From an uncultured Gammaproteobacteria bacterium (lineage in GTDB: Bacteria; Patescibacteriota; Patescibacteriia; Magasanikbacterales; GWA2-37-8), in the NCBI GenBank assembly GCA_964596525.1, contig CAZQUL010000001.1, positions 76,830 to 140,829 of the forward strand: 64,000 bases of DNA. Direction: 5' to 3'. The notes below the pieces were generated by a model. That model did not search any database and was not told the origin of the DNA. It saw nothing but the letters and a program-made list of their open reading frames with translations. Of the stretch, positions 8,788 to 18,003 are shown piece after piece (positions within the stretch are counted from its first letter, which is position 1; each line of letters begins with the position of its first letter). Position numbers and translations under genes: made by a program.

Positions 8788-8845
8788 CACAATCTTTTAG
8801 GCACCCAGAACTCCTGGGTGTTTTACATTGTTGCGCGCTTTACCA

Positions 8846-8874
8846 TTGACACTTGAAGCATTTATTGATACTAT
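8846..8874 (+). promoter_or_regulatory. sigma70-like promoter
   Basis: TTGACA-17-TACTAT. Confidence 0.7.
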
Positions 8875-8970
8875 TTGCCGTTCTGACTACGACTGATCTT
8901 TGACGTCATCGCGATACGTTCAGCGAACTACCAACCCTCCATCGATCCATGAAATGAAGGAGACACCCCC

Positions 8971-10026
8971 ATGCGAAACACGCTGCCGAAGAATGCCTTG
9001 GAGCAGCAAATGACCGCCTATCTCACCACGCTCTGCTCAATAGCCGAAGGAGACACATTTCTCGCCTTGCGAATCGCAGAACTCATCGAGGAGTTCCTCC
9101 GCAACGAGTTCGCACCGATTCTGAAGACGCGGGCGGCGGACGACTTCACTGCGGCGGCAGAAGACCGCGCGCTGATTGGGAAGCTCGAGCAAGCAGGGAA
9201 GAACGTGACTCTGAACGAGGTCATCCCCAACATGCCAGACACGTTTCATGACATTGATTGGGGCGCTTTGATTCTCATTGGCCACACGCTGAGGAGCCGC
9301 CCCCCCGAAGGAATTGCGGATGCGAAGCTCAACCCGGTTCTCTTGTCGAGCATGGCCGGGGCATTCTTCACCGAATGCTTTGTGCAGGCTGCTCCTGCCC
9401 GCTACAAGACGTCGTGCGAAGGCTTTGTCCACTGGATAGCAAACATGTTTTTCCGAGCAGACAAGAAGAGCACCCTTGCGATATGGGAAGCGGCGGGTCG
9501 GCGACCGAGCAGTGCCGAGAAGCAACGGCAGGATTTGCGCGATATGCTGCGTATTAAGTCCTGCATCCGGCGCGCACACCTGAGCAGCGCTCGCTTCGAT
9601 CAGGTCGTACTCATACCCGACCGGTGGCCGACCTGGTGGTACATCGAACAGCCCAAGCTCTGGGGAGAAACCCTCGCCTGCCGACGGCACGGTGAATGGC
9701 TCATCAAGGAAATCTTTTCCACGGTGACCGGTGAGCGCGTGCAGATCCAGTCCGTCGACCGTACCCACACCGCATTCGATCTGGTCGGCAGCATGCAATT
9801 CCTGCCCGAATACGAGACGTTCGAGCTCGTGAAGACAGGCAGGTGCAAGGAAACCCACTTCGTCTCTGTAACGCGCGATAACATGATCGTACTCAAGCTT
9901 TCCGACCAGGAGGGCAGAGCCACTCTTTCCTATGACGAGTATCTACAACAGATCCTCGAGCTTATCCGTGTCGGCCGCCTCGACCCGAACACGTACGATC
10001 AGATCCTCGCTGAATATCCTACCTAA
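8971..10026 (+). CDS. hypothetical protein
   Basis: 351-aa ORF with AAGGAG SD and a downstream hairpin at about 10058-10084. Confidence 0.75.
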   Translation: MRNTLPKNALEQQMTAYLTTLCSIAEGDTFLALRIAELIEEFLRNEFAPILKTRAADDFTAAAEDRALIGKLEQAGKNVTLNEVIPNMPDTFHDIDWGALILIGHTLRSRPPEGIADAKLNPVLLSSMAGAFFTECFVQAAPARYKTSCEGFVHWIANMFFRADKKSTLAIWEAAGRRPSSAEKQRQDLRDMLRIKSCIRRAHLSSARFDQVVLIPDRWPTWWYIEQPKLWGETLACRRHGEWLIKEIFSTVTGERVQIQSVDRTHTAFDLVGSMQFLPEYETFELVKTGRCKETHFVSVTRDNMIVLKLSDQEGRATLSYDEYLQQILELIRVGRLDPNTYDQILAEYPT

Positions 10027-10291
10027 AGCGTACCGACCCGGACGCTCCTACCACTACAAGCCAAGCCTGCGGGCTTGGCTCTTCCATAGAATTTCTCACC
10101 ACGAGATTCTTCGAAGATACCTATTACACCCCGTCTACTTTATCTTCCCCAGCAAGTCTTGACCTTTATTACTTAGTGTGATATATACAATATATTAAAC
10201 AGTCGGATTGGCATCCGTGGAAACCGATCGTTTCCAGGGCTGCCAACGCAGCCAAAATCAACGCAATCACACCAGAATACAGGAGGGACCT

Positions 10292-11641
10292 ATGGACCAG
10301 CTCCACGACCTTTTCATGAACGCAAACCGCCAGTACAACGATCTCCTTAAGCAGGTACGGATCGCGGCCAAGGGGCTGCAGCAGGCAGCAATCCTGGCGT
10401 GCGTTTCGCATACCGGACTCGGCTTCTTGTTTCCGCTCACGCTTTGGGGCGACAACAGCGGCGGCAGCTCGGCCATCTTGGGGAGCGGCCGTCAGCTCTA
10501 CCCTGAGTCTGACACGCGCCGTCTGGTCGGCTGGGAGGTAAAAGCTTTTGCTGCGCCGTTTACGGCCGCGGGCATGAGCAGCGCCACGTGGTTTGAACAG
10601 GCCGGAACGTATACCAAGGCCGGCAAGATCGATCTCTTGCCGCGTCTCACGAGCATGGGCCTCGCCGGCTACATCCAGAAAGAAAACCAGCGTCCGGCAC
10701 GACCGACCATTTCGATCGTCTGCCACCGGCTCGAGGAGCACGTGCTCAAGGGCTACGTGGTCACGGTAACCGCCCACAAGGAGCAGAGCCGGCTCGATCA
10801 AGAGATGATTGCCACCCTGGTGGCACTCAACTTCTTCTTGGCCCTGACCGGGCGCGAACAGGTACCGATCCCCCGCGCGCTCATGGGCCAGGCATATGCC
10901 GAGCAGGGACTCACCGCCCAAGGTGATTATTACTATGTCACGCCCCAGGCAATTGCCATCCCCTTCCCCGGCGAGAAGTTCATCAAGAACGGGAGTGTGT
11001 TCATCACCGAGAGCGGCGCAACCGAAGGCGCGAACGCGCGGTTCAACCCCGCGACCGACGCACTCATGTGCGGGAGTTTCTTTCCGGCCCAGGCCGCGCA
11101 CGATGAAACCGCCACACGCCTCGCCGAGCAGATCGGTAAGCGCGTGGTGATAGAGCTCGTTGCCGAAAATGCGGATCCGCGTAAAGGCACGGTCGCAACC
11201 GACGAGCTCATCCGGCGCGCACTCCAGTTCTACGGTCATCGTCCGGTTCTGATCCGGCAGAAGTGCGGTACATTCCTCGATAAGGCCGAGCTTGCGCACG
11301 CCGAAGCCCGTGCCGCCGGCATCGACTTTGCGACGCAGGACTTCGCGATCGGTATGGATACGGCCACCCGCCTCTTTCTTGAAGCGCACTGCGCGCGCTA
11401 CGGCGGTGTCTCGGCCGTACTCGAGCGGCTCTACGCGGCCAAGGCTCGCTTTCACATCGTGGAACGCGCCACGCATCCCGCCGAACCCCGCCTGCCGAGC
11501 TTCCGTGAATTCGTCCGGCCGTTCATCGGCACGCCGTATGAGGAGATGTTCGAGCCGCTCCAGACCAGCTTCCGCCGCTGCCCGCTGAGCTCAAGCGACG
11601 TTCGCGCCATCTGCAACCAGAACCCGCGCCAGGCCGCTTAG
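10292..11641 (+). CDS. CinA-like plus nucleotidyltransferase-like (NMNAT fold) protein with degenerate motif
   Basis: GSFFPAQAAH in place of GSFNPLHxGH; ELVAENAD, FLDKAEL, FAIGMDTATRL, LSSSDVR; AGGAGGG SD. Confidence 0.6.
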   Translation: MDQLHDLFMNANRQYNDLLKQVRIAAKGLQQAAILACVSHTGLGFLFPLTLWGDNSGGSSAILGSGRQLYPESDTRRLVGWEVKAFAAPFTAAGMSSATWFEQAGTYTKAGKIDLLPRLTSMGLAGYIQKENQRPARPTISIVCHRLEEHVLKGYVVTVTAHKEQSRLDQEMIATLVALNFFLALTGREQVPIPRALMGQAYAEQGLTAQGDYYYVTPQAIAIPFPGEKFIKNGSVFITESGATEGANARFNPATDALMCGSFFPAQAAHDETATRLAEQIGKRVVIELVAENADPRKGTVATDELIRRALQFYGHRPVLIRQKCGTFLDKAELAHAEARAAGIDFATQDFAIGMDTATRLFLEAHCARYGGVSAVLERLYAAKARFHIVERATHPAEPRLPSFREFVRPFIGTPYEEMFEPLQTSFRRCPLSSSDVRAICNQNPRQAA

Positions 11642-11664
11642 AAGCCCTTTGTTCTTTAGCCTTC

Positions 11665-11699
11665 AACCCCGACCGAGGAAAACTCGGATCGGGGTTTTT
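11665..11699 (+). terminator. intrinsic terminator
   Basis: AACCCCGA.CCGAG-GAAAA-CTCGG.TCGGGGTT followed by T run. Confidence 0.8.
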
Positions 11700-11714
11700 G
11701 AATATAAAACTATA

Positions 11715-11743
11715 TTGACAGGGAGTCGGGAAACGGTTATCAT
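11715..11743 (+). promoter_or_regulatory. promoter of the tRNA locus
   Basis: TTGACA-17-TATCAT. Confidence 0.75.
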
Positions 11744-11764
11744 GGGCAAGAATTCACTCAATCA

Positions 11765-11839
11765 GGCAGGGTGGCGATGGTGGTAAGAGCACGGGATTCA
11801 TAACCCGCACCCACAGGACGAGAAGTTCGATTCTCTCCC
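11765..11839 (+). pseudogene. degenerate copy of the tRNA-Met(CAT) gene
   Basis: Shares GGCAGGGT, GGTAAGAGCACGGGATTCATAACCC and GTTCGATTCTCTCCC with the downstream tRNA; D-stem and 3' acceptor strand are broken. Confidence 0.75.
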
Positions 11840-11862
11840 GAGAGGAATTTCATACAATACTA

Positions 11863-11936
11863 GGCAGGGTAGCTCAGTTGGTAAGAGCACGGGATTCATA
11901 ACCCCGAGGTCGAGAGTTCGATTCTCTCCCCTGTCA
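11863..11936 (+). tRNA. tRNA-Met(CAT), probably elongator
   Basis: GGCAGGG/CCCTGTC acceptor with 1-72 paired, TAGCTCAGTTGGT, TTCATAA loop, GTTCGATT. Confidence 0.9.
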
Positions 11937-11967
11937 CAAAAATTCACCACATCCGAACCCGTTTCGT

Positions 11968-12732
11968 ATGAACCTCATCACCCTCAATACCTGGGGCGGA
12001 CGCGCTGGAAAAACCAACTTACTGTCATTCTTTGAACGATATCGGGAAACCGCTATTTTTTGTTTACAGGAGATTTGGGCCGCGCCATACGAACATCTAA
12101 ACGGTCACGCGGCCGGCGGTTTGGCGATTGATCACAGCAACATCCTTGTCCATGGACGGCAAAAAATCGCGGATATTTTGGATAACCACACCTCGTATTT
12201 CCGTCCGCACTTTATGGATAATTACGGCCTCCTGTCGTTAGTGAGAAAAGATATCCCGTTAGTAACCGAAGGTGACGTATTCGTACATAAAGAAAAAGGC
12301 TTTATGCCGGCAGGAGACATTGGCATGCATGCGCGCAACATGCAGTTCGTAACGATCGAGACACCGCACGGACAACGCTCGATCCTTAATTTTCATGGGT
12401 TGTGGAATGGACAGGGTAAAGGCGACAGCGCAGAACGCTTGACGCAATCGGATAGGATTATCGCTTTTCTAAAAACTCTCAATCATCCGTACGTGCTTGC
12501 CGGTGATTTTAATCTCACGCCAGCTACCGAAAGCATCAAAAAACTGGAACGCTCCGGTATGCGCAATCTGATTACGGAGTATGGCATTGCATCGACCCGG
12601 ACGAGCTTTTACACCAAGCCAGAGAAATTCGCGGATTACGTTTTTGTAAGCGAGGGTATTACGATTAATGATTTTAGAGTGTTACCCGACGAAGTTTCAG
12701 ATCATAACGCCCTGTATCTAGATTTTACCTGA
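11968..12732 (+). CDS. endonuclease/exonuclease/phosphatase family protein
   Basis: TLNTWG, CLQEI, AGDFN, ADYVF, SDH motifs. Confidence 0.9.
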   Translation: MNLITLNTWGGRAGKTNLLSFFERYRETAIFCLQEIWAAPYEHLNGHAAGGLAIDHSNILVHGRQKIADILDNHTSYFRPHFMDNYGLLSLVRKDIPLVTEGDVFVHKEKGFMPAGDIGMHARNMQFVTIETPHGQRSILNFHGLWNGQGKGDSAERLTQSDRIIAFLKTLNHPYVLAGDFNLTPATESIKKLERSGMRNLITEYGIASTRTSFYTKPEKFADYVFVSEGITINDFRVLPDEVSDHNALYLDFT

Positions 12733-12781
12733 GTCGATTTTCAGAGATACTAATCCGTGATACAAAATAAAGATATTACGC

Positions 12782-12924
12782 GTCATTGTAAGGAGGGACG
12801 ACGAAGCAATCTCCTTGATAGTAGAGTGGCCTCTGAATTACGGAGGGATTGCCCGCCCGGCACGCCTTTGCTGCCGTGGCGGACGGGCTCTTCGTCAGTC
12901 ATGTAACTCCTTCCTCGCAATGAC
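12782..12924. repeat. palindromic RPE/MITE-like repeat, copy A, with nested insert at 12853-12888
   Basis: GTCATTG...GAAGCAATC...GATTGC...CTCGCAATGAC. Confidence 0.8.
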
Positions 12925-12953
12925 GGTATAAATATGTTTTCTAAATCTCTCCT

Positions 12954-14060
12954 ATGCTCGTCCTCGGCATTGAAACCTCCTGCGACGATACATCCGTCGC
13001 GCTTGTCGACTGTTCAAAGAGCGGTTGTTTTGTCGTGGCCGAGCGCACTGCTTCGCAGATCGATCTGCATAAAATTTACGGTGGCGTCGTACCCGAGCTC
13101 GCCGGCCGCCAGCATGCCGAAGCCATCGTTCCGCTCATCGAAACGGTGTTGGAAGGACACGGACATCCAGACCTCATCTCCGTCACTGCTGGGCCAGGCC
13201 TCGTCACCGGTCTCATTGTCGGCGTGGAAGCCGCGCGGACGTTGTCGTGCGCCTGGAATATCCCGGTTGTGGCAACCAACCATATTGACGGCCACATTCA
13301 CTCGGTCGAGATCCAAAAACAAGGTACGATTTTTGAATCGGCGCCGCGTATTTCGTTTCCCGCGCTGGCACTCGTTGTTTCCGGCGGGCATACCGAACTT
13401 GTTCTTTTGAACGATCATGATGACTACCAGATTATCGGCCGCACGCACGATGATGCTGCTGGCGAATGTTTTGACAAAGTTGCAAAACTTTTAGAGCTCC
13501 CCTACCCTGGCGGACCGAAAATTTCCAAACTCGCAGTAAATGGCCGCACCGATGCCATCACGTTCCCTCGGCCAATGCTCCACGAAAAAAATTACGATTT
13601 CAGTTTTTCGGGCCTTAAGACGTCGGCGCTCTACTGGCTGCGCGACAACAAACTGAGCGCGATGAATGTTAATCCGCTTGCCGGTGTGCCGAGCGGCATT
13701 TTCGGCACCGTATCCGAACCACCGACCATCGAGGATTTTTGCGCCAGCTTTGAGCAAGCGATCGTCGATACGCTGGTCGGCAAAACCCTCAAAGCCGCGC
13801 TAGAATTTAAACCTAAAAGCATCCTCCTTGTAGGCGGCGTGAGTGCCAACCGCAAACTGCGCGAGACGCTTGAGGCAGCGACCCGGAGCGAGTTACCTGA
13901 CACGGCGTGTTTACTTTCGGCACCGGGATATTCCATGGATAACGGCGCGATGATCGCGGTAGCGGGGTATTATAAATTTCTTAAACAGGGTCCGACTGAG
14001 TGGAAGGAATTGGATGTTGATCCGAATTGGCGGGTGGATGCCAACTTCCAAAAAAACTAA
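12954..14060 (+). CDS. tsaD: tRNA threonylcarbamoyltransferase
   Basis: LGIETSCDDT, GGVVPELA, NHIDGH, VSGGHT, DDAAGECFDK, DNGAMIA. Confidence 0.95.
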   Translation: MLVLGIETSCDDTSVALVDCSKSGCFVVAERTASQIDLHKIYGGVVPELAGRQHAEAIVPLIETVLEGHGHPDLISVTAGPGLVTGLIVGVEAARTLSCAWNIPVVATNHIDGHIHSVEIQKQGTIFESAPRISFPALALVVSGGHTELVLLNDHDDYQIIGRTHDDAAGECFDKVAKLLELPYPGGPKISKLAVNGRTDAITFPRPMLHEKNYDFSFSGLKTSALYWLRDNKLSAMNVNPLAGVPSGIFGTVSEPPTIEDFCASFEQAIVDTLVGKTLKAALEFKPKSILLVGGVSANRKLRETLEAATRSELPDTACLLSAPGYSMDNGAMIAVAGYYKFLKQGPTEWKELDVDPNWRVDANFQKN

Positions 14061-14068
14061 CTAGATCT

Positions 14069-14746
14069 ATGCAGGTAAACACGCGGCGCATTATTCGCTA
14101 CTCCCTTATTGGTATTACCGCAGCGCTTCTTTTCTTTTTATATATCAATCTCCACATCCTCGTTTCCGGTTCACGCAGAATCGTAAGCCAAGGCAACAAC
14201 CCCCGTTCGCAAGCTATTTTGGTGCTTGGCGCAGCGGTATACAGGAATGGTCGCTTGAGCGATATGTACCAAGATCGTGCACAGACCGCGCTTGACCTCT
14301 ATAACGCTGGTGCAGCGCCCTATATTATTGTAAGCGGTGACAATAGCACGGTTGACTACGATGAAGTGACCCCGGTCAAAAAATTCCTCATCGCGAACGG
14401 CGTACCGTCGACGAGCGTGTTTTTGGATTATGCCGGGTTCGATACGTACGATAGCTTGTACCGGACGCGAGATATTTTTGGCGTAACGTCGACCATTGTA
14501 GTAACGCAGCGTTTTCATCTGCCACGTGCTTTATATATTGGAAAAAAACTCGGCCTGCACGTACAGGGTGTTGTCGCGGACCGGCATCACTACCGGGGCA
14601 TACGATATTCGTATCTGCGCGAAAACGCCGCACGGCTCAAGGCCTGGTGGAACGTAATGGTCGAGTCGAAACCCAAATTCTTGGGCGATAAAATTGAACT
14701 GAATAGTGATAAAGGCACGGCGGGACAGACGGTGACGAAACAATAA
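14069..14746 (+). CDS. SanA/DUF218 family protein
   Basis: ILVLGA, SGDN..YDE, DYAGFDTYDS, VTQRFHLPRA. Confidence 0.9.
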   Translation: MQVNTRRIIRYSLIGITAALLFFLYINLHILVSGSRRIVSQGNNPRSQAILVLGAAVYRNGRLSDMYQDRAQTALDLYNAGAAPYIIVSGDNSTVDYDEVTPVKKFLIANGVPSTSVFLDYAGFDTYDSLYRTRDIFGVTSTIVVTQRFHLPRALYIGKKLGLHVQGVVADRHHYRGIRYSYLRENAARLKAWWNVMVESKPKFLGDKIELNSDKGTAGQTVTKQ

Positions 14747-14767
14747 ACAAGTAACGATCTCACACGC

Positions 14768-15463
14768 TCAACGCCACGACGGAACAGCGATTTCAAAACA
14801 CTCAGTGGCATAACGACGGATGAATACTTCTGCCTCCGGAGAGGTAGAAAGAGAAGCAACTGCCTCAACTGAAGCTTGCGCGAGGGTGATAAGCAAGCGA
14901 CGCAATGCTGGGCTGATTTCAAAAAATGATGCACGCTGAGGGAGCGCAACATGCTCTTGGCACAGCGCTCTTTTTTCAAAGAAGCTGAAAAATATTTTTT
15001 CGTCTTTAGAAAACGCATGCTCTTCCAAGCACTGATCGATATTCAAACCAAAACCGAGAATCGCCAAGGTGTTCAAAATAAACGAAGCGGTAACCACATC
15101 GGGATTACGCGGCAGGTGTTCGAGAGCTGCAAAAAGCAGATCGAATAACCGCGGCTCCGGGGCAGAGCTTAACGTAAGACGGGCAGTCATATTTACCACC
15201 CACTGCCGCGCCGTAAGCGCAGGTCGATCAAGGGTAAACGAAACCGGCTCGAGCGAGCGAGCGCGGATAAGCACCGGACGCTCTTTGCCGCTGATAATAT
15301 CCGCTTCGATGGCCGTGCCCGGTTCCAAAAACGGACTGTTTTTACTGAGGATTTTTTTGGTGCCTTTGATGAGAGTTTCGAGTTTGCCGCGCTCGCGCGT
15401 AAAAAGGGTGACGACTTCGTCGTACTCGCGCCAGGCACTGCGGTTCAGGACGATCGCTTCCAT
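14768..15463 (-). CDS. recO: DNA repair protein RecO
   Basis: EAIVL..REYDEVVTLFTRERGKL..KG..K..SK; C-terminal Cys pair. Confidence 0.85.
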   Translation of the reverse strand: MEAIVLNRSAWREYDEVVTLFTRERGKLETLIKGTKKILSKNSPFLEPGTAIEADIISGKERPVLIRARSLEPVSFTLDRPALTARQWVVNMTARLTLSSAPEPRLFDLLFAALEHLPRNPDVVTASFILNTLAILGFGLNIDQCLEEHAFSKDEKIFFSFFEKRALCQEHVALPQRASFFEISPALRRLLITLAQASVEAVASLSTSPEAEVFIRRYATECFEIAVPSWR

Positions 15464-15473
15464 ATACGACAGG

Positions 15474-15857
15474 TTACTTCGTCGCAGTCAGATAATCTTC
15501 AAGGATAGTCATGGCAGCGCGTTCATCGCGCGAAACGGTACCGCCGTGGGCAATTGCCAGACGGGTCGTAAATCGTTCATCTACCCATTCGCACGGGATG
15601 CCAATATTTTCGACAAGCGGCATGACGCGTTCTTTAATGCGCGCCGCTTCCGTACTTTCAACTCCATTGAGCGTGCGAGGCAAACCGATGATAATTTTTT
15701 CGGGATGATATTCGTTACTCAAAACGCGCAACGCTTCGGCTGCTGGAGCCGGTTCTTCCATAGGAATAATACCGATCGGCAAAACCACGCCGATCGTCGT
15801 GTCGACAAAAGCCACTCCCATTCTCTTGGTTCCCGCGTCCAACGCCATCATTTTCAT
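15474..15857 (-). CDS. ruvX: YqgF/RuvX family nuclease
   Basis: ALDAGTKRMGVA, IIGLP, DERFTT, AAMTILEDYL. Confidence 0.9.
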   Translation of the reverse strand: MKMMALDAGTKRMGVAFVDTTIGVVLPIGIIPMEEPAPAAEALRVLSNEYHPEKIIIGLPRTLNGVESTEAARIKERVMPLVENIGIPCEWVDERFTTRLAIAHGGTVSRDERAAMTILEDYLTATK

Positions 15858-15872
15858 AGAGCGGAGAGAAAA

Positions 15873-16688
15873 TTATGCGCCGAGTTCGCCCGGGCGACGC
15901 GTCACGACCGTATTGCCACGGCGGTTGATGATGAGCGTATGTTCAAAATGCGCGCACGGTGATTTGTCGGCAACGACAATGGTCCACCCATCACGCAGAG
16001 TTTTGACGCGCGTTTCACCCGAAAGAGAAATCATCGGTTCAAGGGCAAGCACCATGCCCGGTTTGAGGATAATATTTTCGAGCGCCGGATCATAATAGTT
16101 GGGTACGGCCGGATCTTCGTGCACAGCATGACCAACACCATGACCCACCAAATCGCGGACAATGCCGTAGGAACCTTCCGAGCGCACGAACGCTTCGATG
16201 GCGCGGCCAATAGACGCGACAGATTTACCAGGGAGCGCAGCCTTGATACCCACTTCGAGTGCTTGCTGGGTGACGCGCAGCAGGCGCTCGATTTCTTTGT
16301 CGACCGTACCGATCATGATGGTAACGGCCGTGTCGGTAAAATAACCACGCTTTTTATCGCCCGGGCGGCGTGGCCACTCCATACCGATATCGATGCTGAA
16401 AATATCCCCTTCTTTAAGGATAACGTCGGCGCGCGGAATACCATGGACCAATTCTTCATTCACCGAAGCGCAGATGGTACCCGGAAACGGCGGGTCATCG
16501 CGGCGTGTAGTGTAACCTTTGAAGGCTGGTACGCCGCCGACTTTGAGAATGAGCTCTTCGGCCTTATCGTCGATATCTTTGAGACTCATGCCCGGACGAG
16601 TAAACAAAACCAACTCATTGAGGATGGCACCCATAAGTTCACCGCCTTGTTTAATGGCCCGTTGTTCGGAAGGAGTTTTTAGTAACAT
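15873..16688 (-). CDS. map: methionine aminopeptidase type I
   Basis: SVNEELVHGIP, IDIG, GHGVG..HEDP, ALEPM, AHFEHT. Confidence 0.95.
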   Translation of the reverse strand: MLLKTPSEQRAIKQGGELMGAILNELVLFTRPGMSLKDIDDKAEELILKVGGVPAFKGYTTRRDDPPFPGTICASVNEELVHGIPRADVILKEGDIFSIDIGMEWPRRPGDKKRGYFTDTAVTIMIGTVDKEIERLLRVTQQALEVGIKAALPGKSVASIGRAIEAFVRSEGSYGIVRDLVGHGVGHAVHEDPAVPNYYDPALENIILKPGMVLALEPMISLSGETRVKTLRDGWTIVVADKSPCAHFEHTLIINRRGNTVVTRRPGELGA

Positions 16689-16721
16689 AGTATACAGGAC
16701 ACCTGAGCGCCGAGGTCTAAA

Positions 16722-17705
16722 CTAGCGCAGAATATCATATAATACCGGACTAAGCAAGGCTGGGCCAAATCCGCCTTCCGGGAGCTCAAAGTCGCGCGGG
16801 CAGATGTGGCGAGGCGCAAGTCCAGAAGTGTGTTTGTCGAGCACTTCCCAGCCGCGCTCGAGATACGCTTGGGTGAGCGCAGGCGTCATGAACGGAAAGT
16901 TATAGAGCACCGTGTCGATATGCCGTTCGGTATAATATTCGAGTTCGAAAACGGTTTCTTGCACCGAACGCGGCGACGGTTCACCGCGGATACGCCGGCC
17001 GTTGGCAACGACATGGATAAGGCGGGCCGGAGAATTGGCCAACGCTTCACGCACGCCTTCCGGAAGAAGTGTAGCGACAATGCTCGTATACAAATCACCT
17101 GGGCCAAAAATAATGTAATCCGCCGAACGGATGGCCGTAAGCGCATCGGGGTGAGCCGCGCGCGCCGGCGTAAGCCACAGCCGTTCGATAGTAAGATGCG
17201 GCGCAAAGTAGGGTTTGTCGAGCGCGTGTTCGGTGGAAGTTATGGTACCATCGCTCAACTCAGCGCACAAATGCGCGTGTTCGGTCGTAATAGGCACAAC
17301 GTTGCCAACGGTTTTAAGCGCGGTTTTAAGCATGTCGAGCGCATGCAGGATCCCACCTTCCTTCTGTAAAAACGTCAACAGCAAGTTACCGAGATTAGGG
17401 GCTTCGGCGGGAGAGGGGGCAAAATGGCGGCTTTCTGGAAAGCGGGTGTGGTACAAAATCGACCGGAGCATTTCGGATTCATGCTCGGACAAGGCAAGGA
17501 GGGCGCGCAGCAAATCACCAGGCGGCAGAACGCCGTATTTTTGGCGCAAAAAACCCGACGAACCGCCGGAATCGCTCATAGCAACGATACCGGTAATGTT
17601 GAACTGGTCGGCATAAGGCTTAAGCGCCTCCAAAACCGCGGAAGCACCACTACCACCGCCCAATACTACCACGTTTTTCTTGACAAATTGTGGAATTTCA
17701 GGCAT
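16722..17705 (-). CDS. YvcK/GlmR (UPF0052) family protein
   Basis: VVLGGGSG, DSGGSSG.LR..GVLPPGD, GPGDLYTSI. Confidence 0.9.
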   Translation of the reverse strand: MPEIPQFVKKNVVVLGGGSGASAVLEALKPYADQFNITGIVAMSDSGGSSGFLRQKYGVLPPGDLLRALLALSEHESEMLRSILYHTRFPESRHFAPSPAEAPNLGNLLLTFLQKEGGILHALDMLKTALKTVGNVVPITTEHAHLCAELSDGTITSTEHALDKPYFAPHLTIERLWLTPARAAHPDALTAIRSADYIIFGPGDLYTSIVATLLPEGVREALANSPARLIHVVANGRRIRGEPSPRSVQETVFELEYYTERHIDTVLYNFPFMTPALTQAYLERGWEVLDKHTSGLAPRHICPRDFELPEGGFGPALLSPVLYDILR

Positions 17706-17708
17706 AAT
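17680..17708 (+). promoter_or_regulatory. sigma70-like promoter antisense to the yvcK start
   Basis: TTGACA-17-CATAAT. Confidence 0.7.
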
Positions 17709-17787
17709 TGTTTGTTCAGATATCAGTGCTGTTTATATCAAAAATTCGATTTTCGCTCTTCGATCACGGCGGTTGAAATACCCAACC

Positions 17788-17897
17788 GTCGAAACCGGAA
17801 AGCGAGCCTGACGCAGATTCGAATCCTGCATGGTAAACGGCCCGTGCGTTTGCCGTTCGTCTAAATGGTTAAGATGCGCTATCCACGCTAGTACGAC
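17788..17897 (+). ncRNA. YrlA-type Y RNA-like permuted tRNA mimic
   Basis: 5' GTCGAA motif. T-arm (TTCGAAT), then loop-closed acceptor-like stem, then D-arm (GTCT-AAATGGTTA-AGAT); closing stems AGCG/CGCT, GGA/TCC, GTCG/CGAC. Confidence 0.6.
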
Positions 17898-18003
17898 ACA
17901 GCCACTCTCCTTCTCTACTGAGAAGGGAGTAGCGTTGAACTCTCCGCGAGCCTGGCTCGCGTATCGATACTAACAACCGTAACGGAAGAAGGAGGTGCAA
18001 GCC

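Noticed and set aside
17788-17897. Two-piece permuted tmRNA
   Set aside because: It has a full D-arm and no alanine-type acceptor, CCA or tag frame. The YrlA topology fits better.
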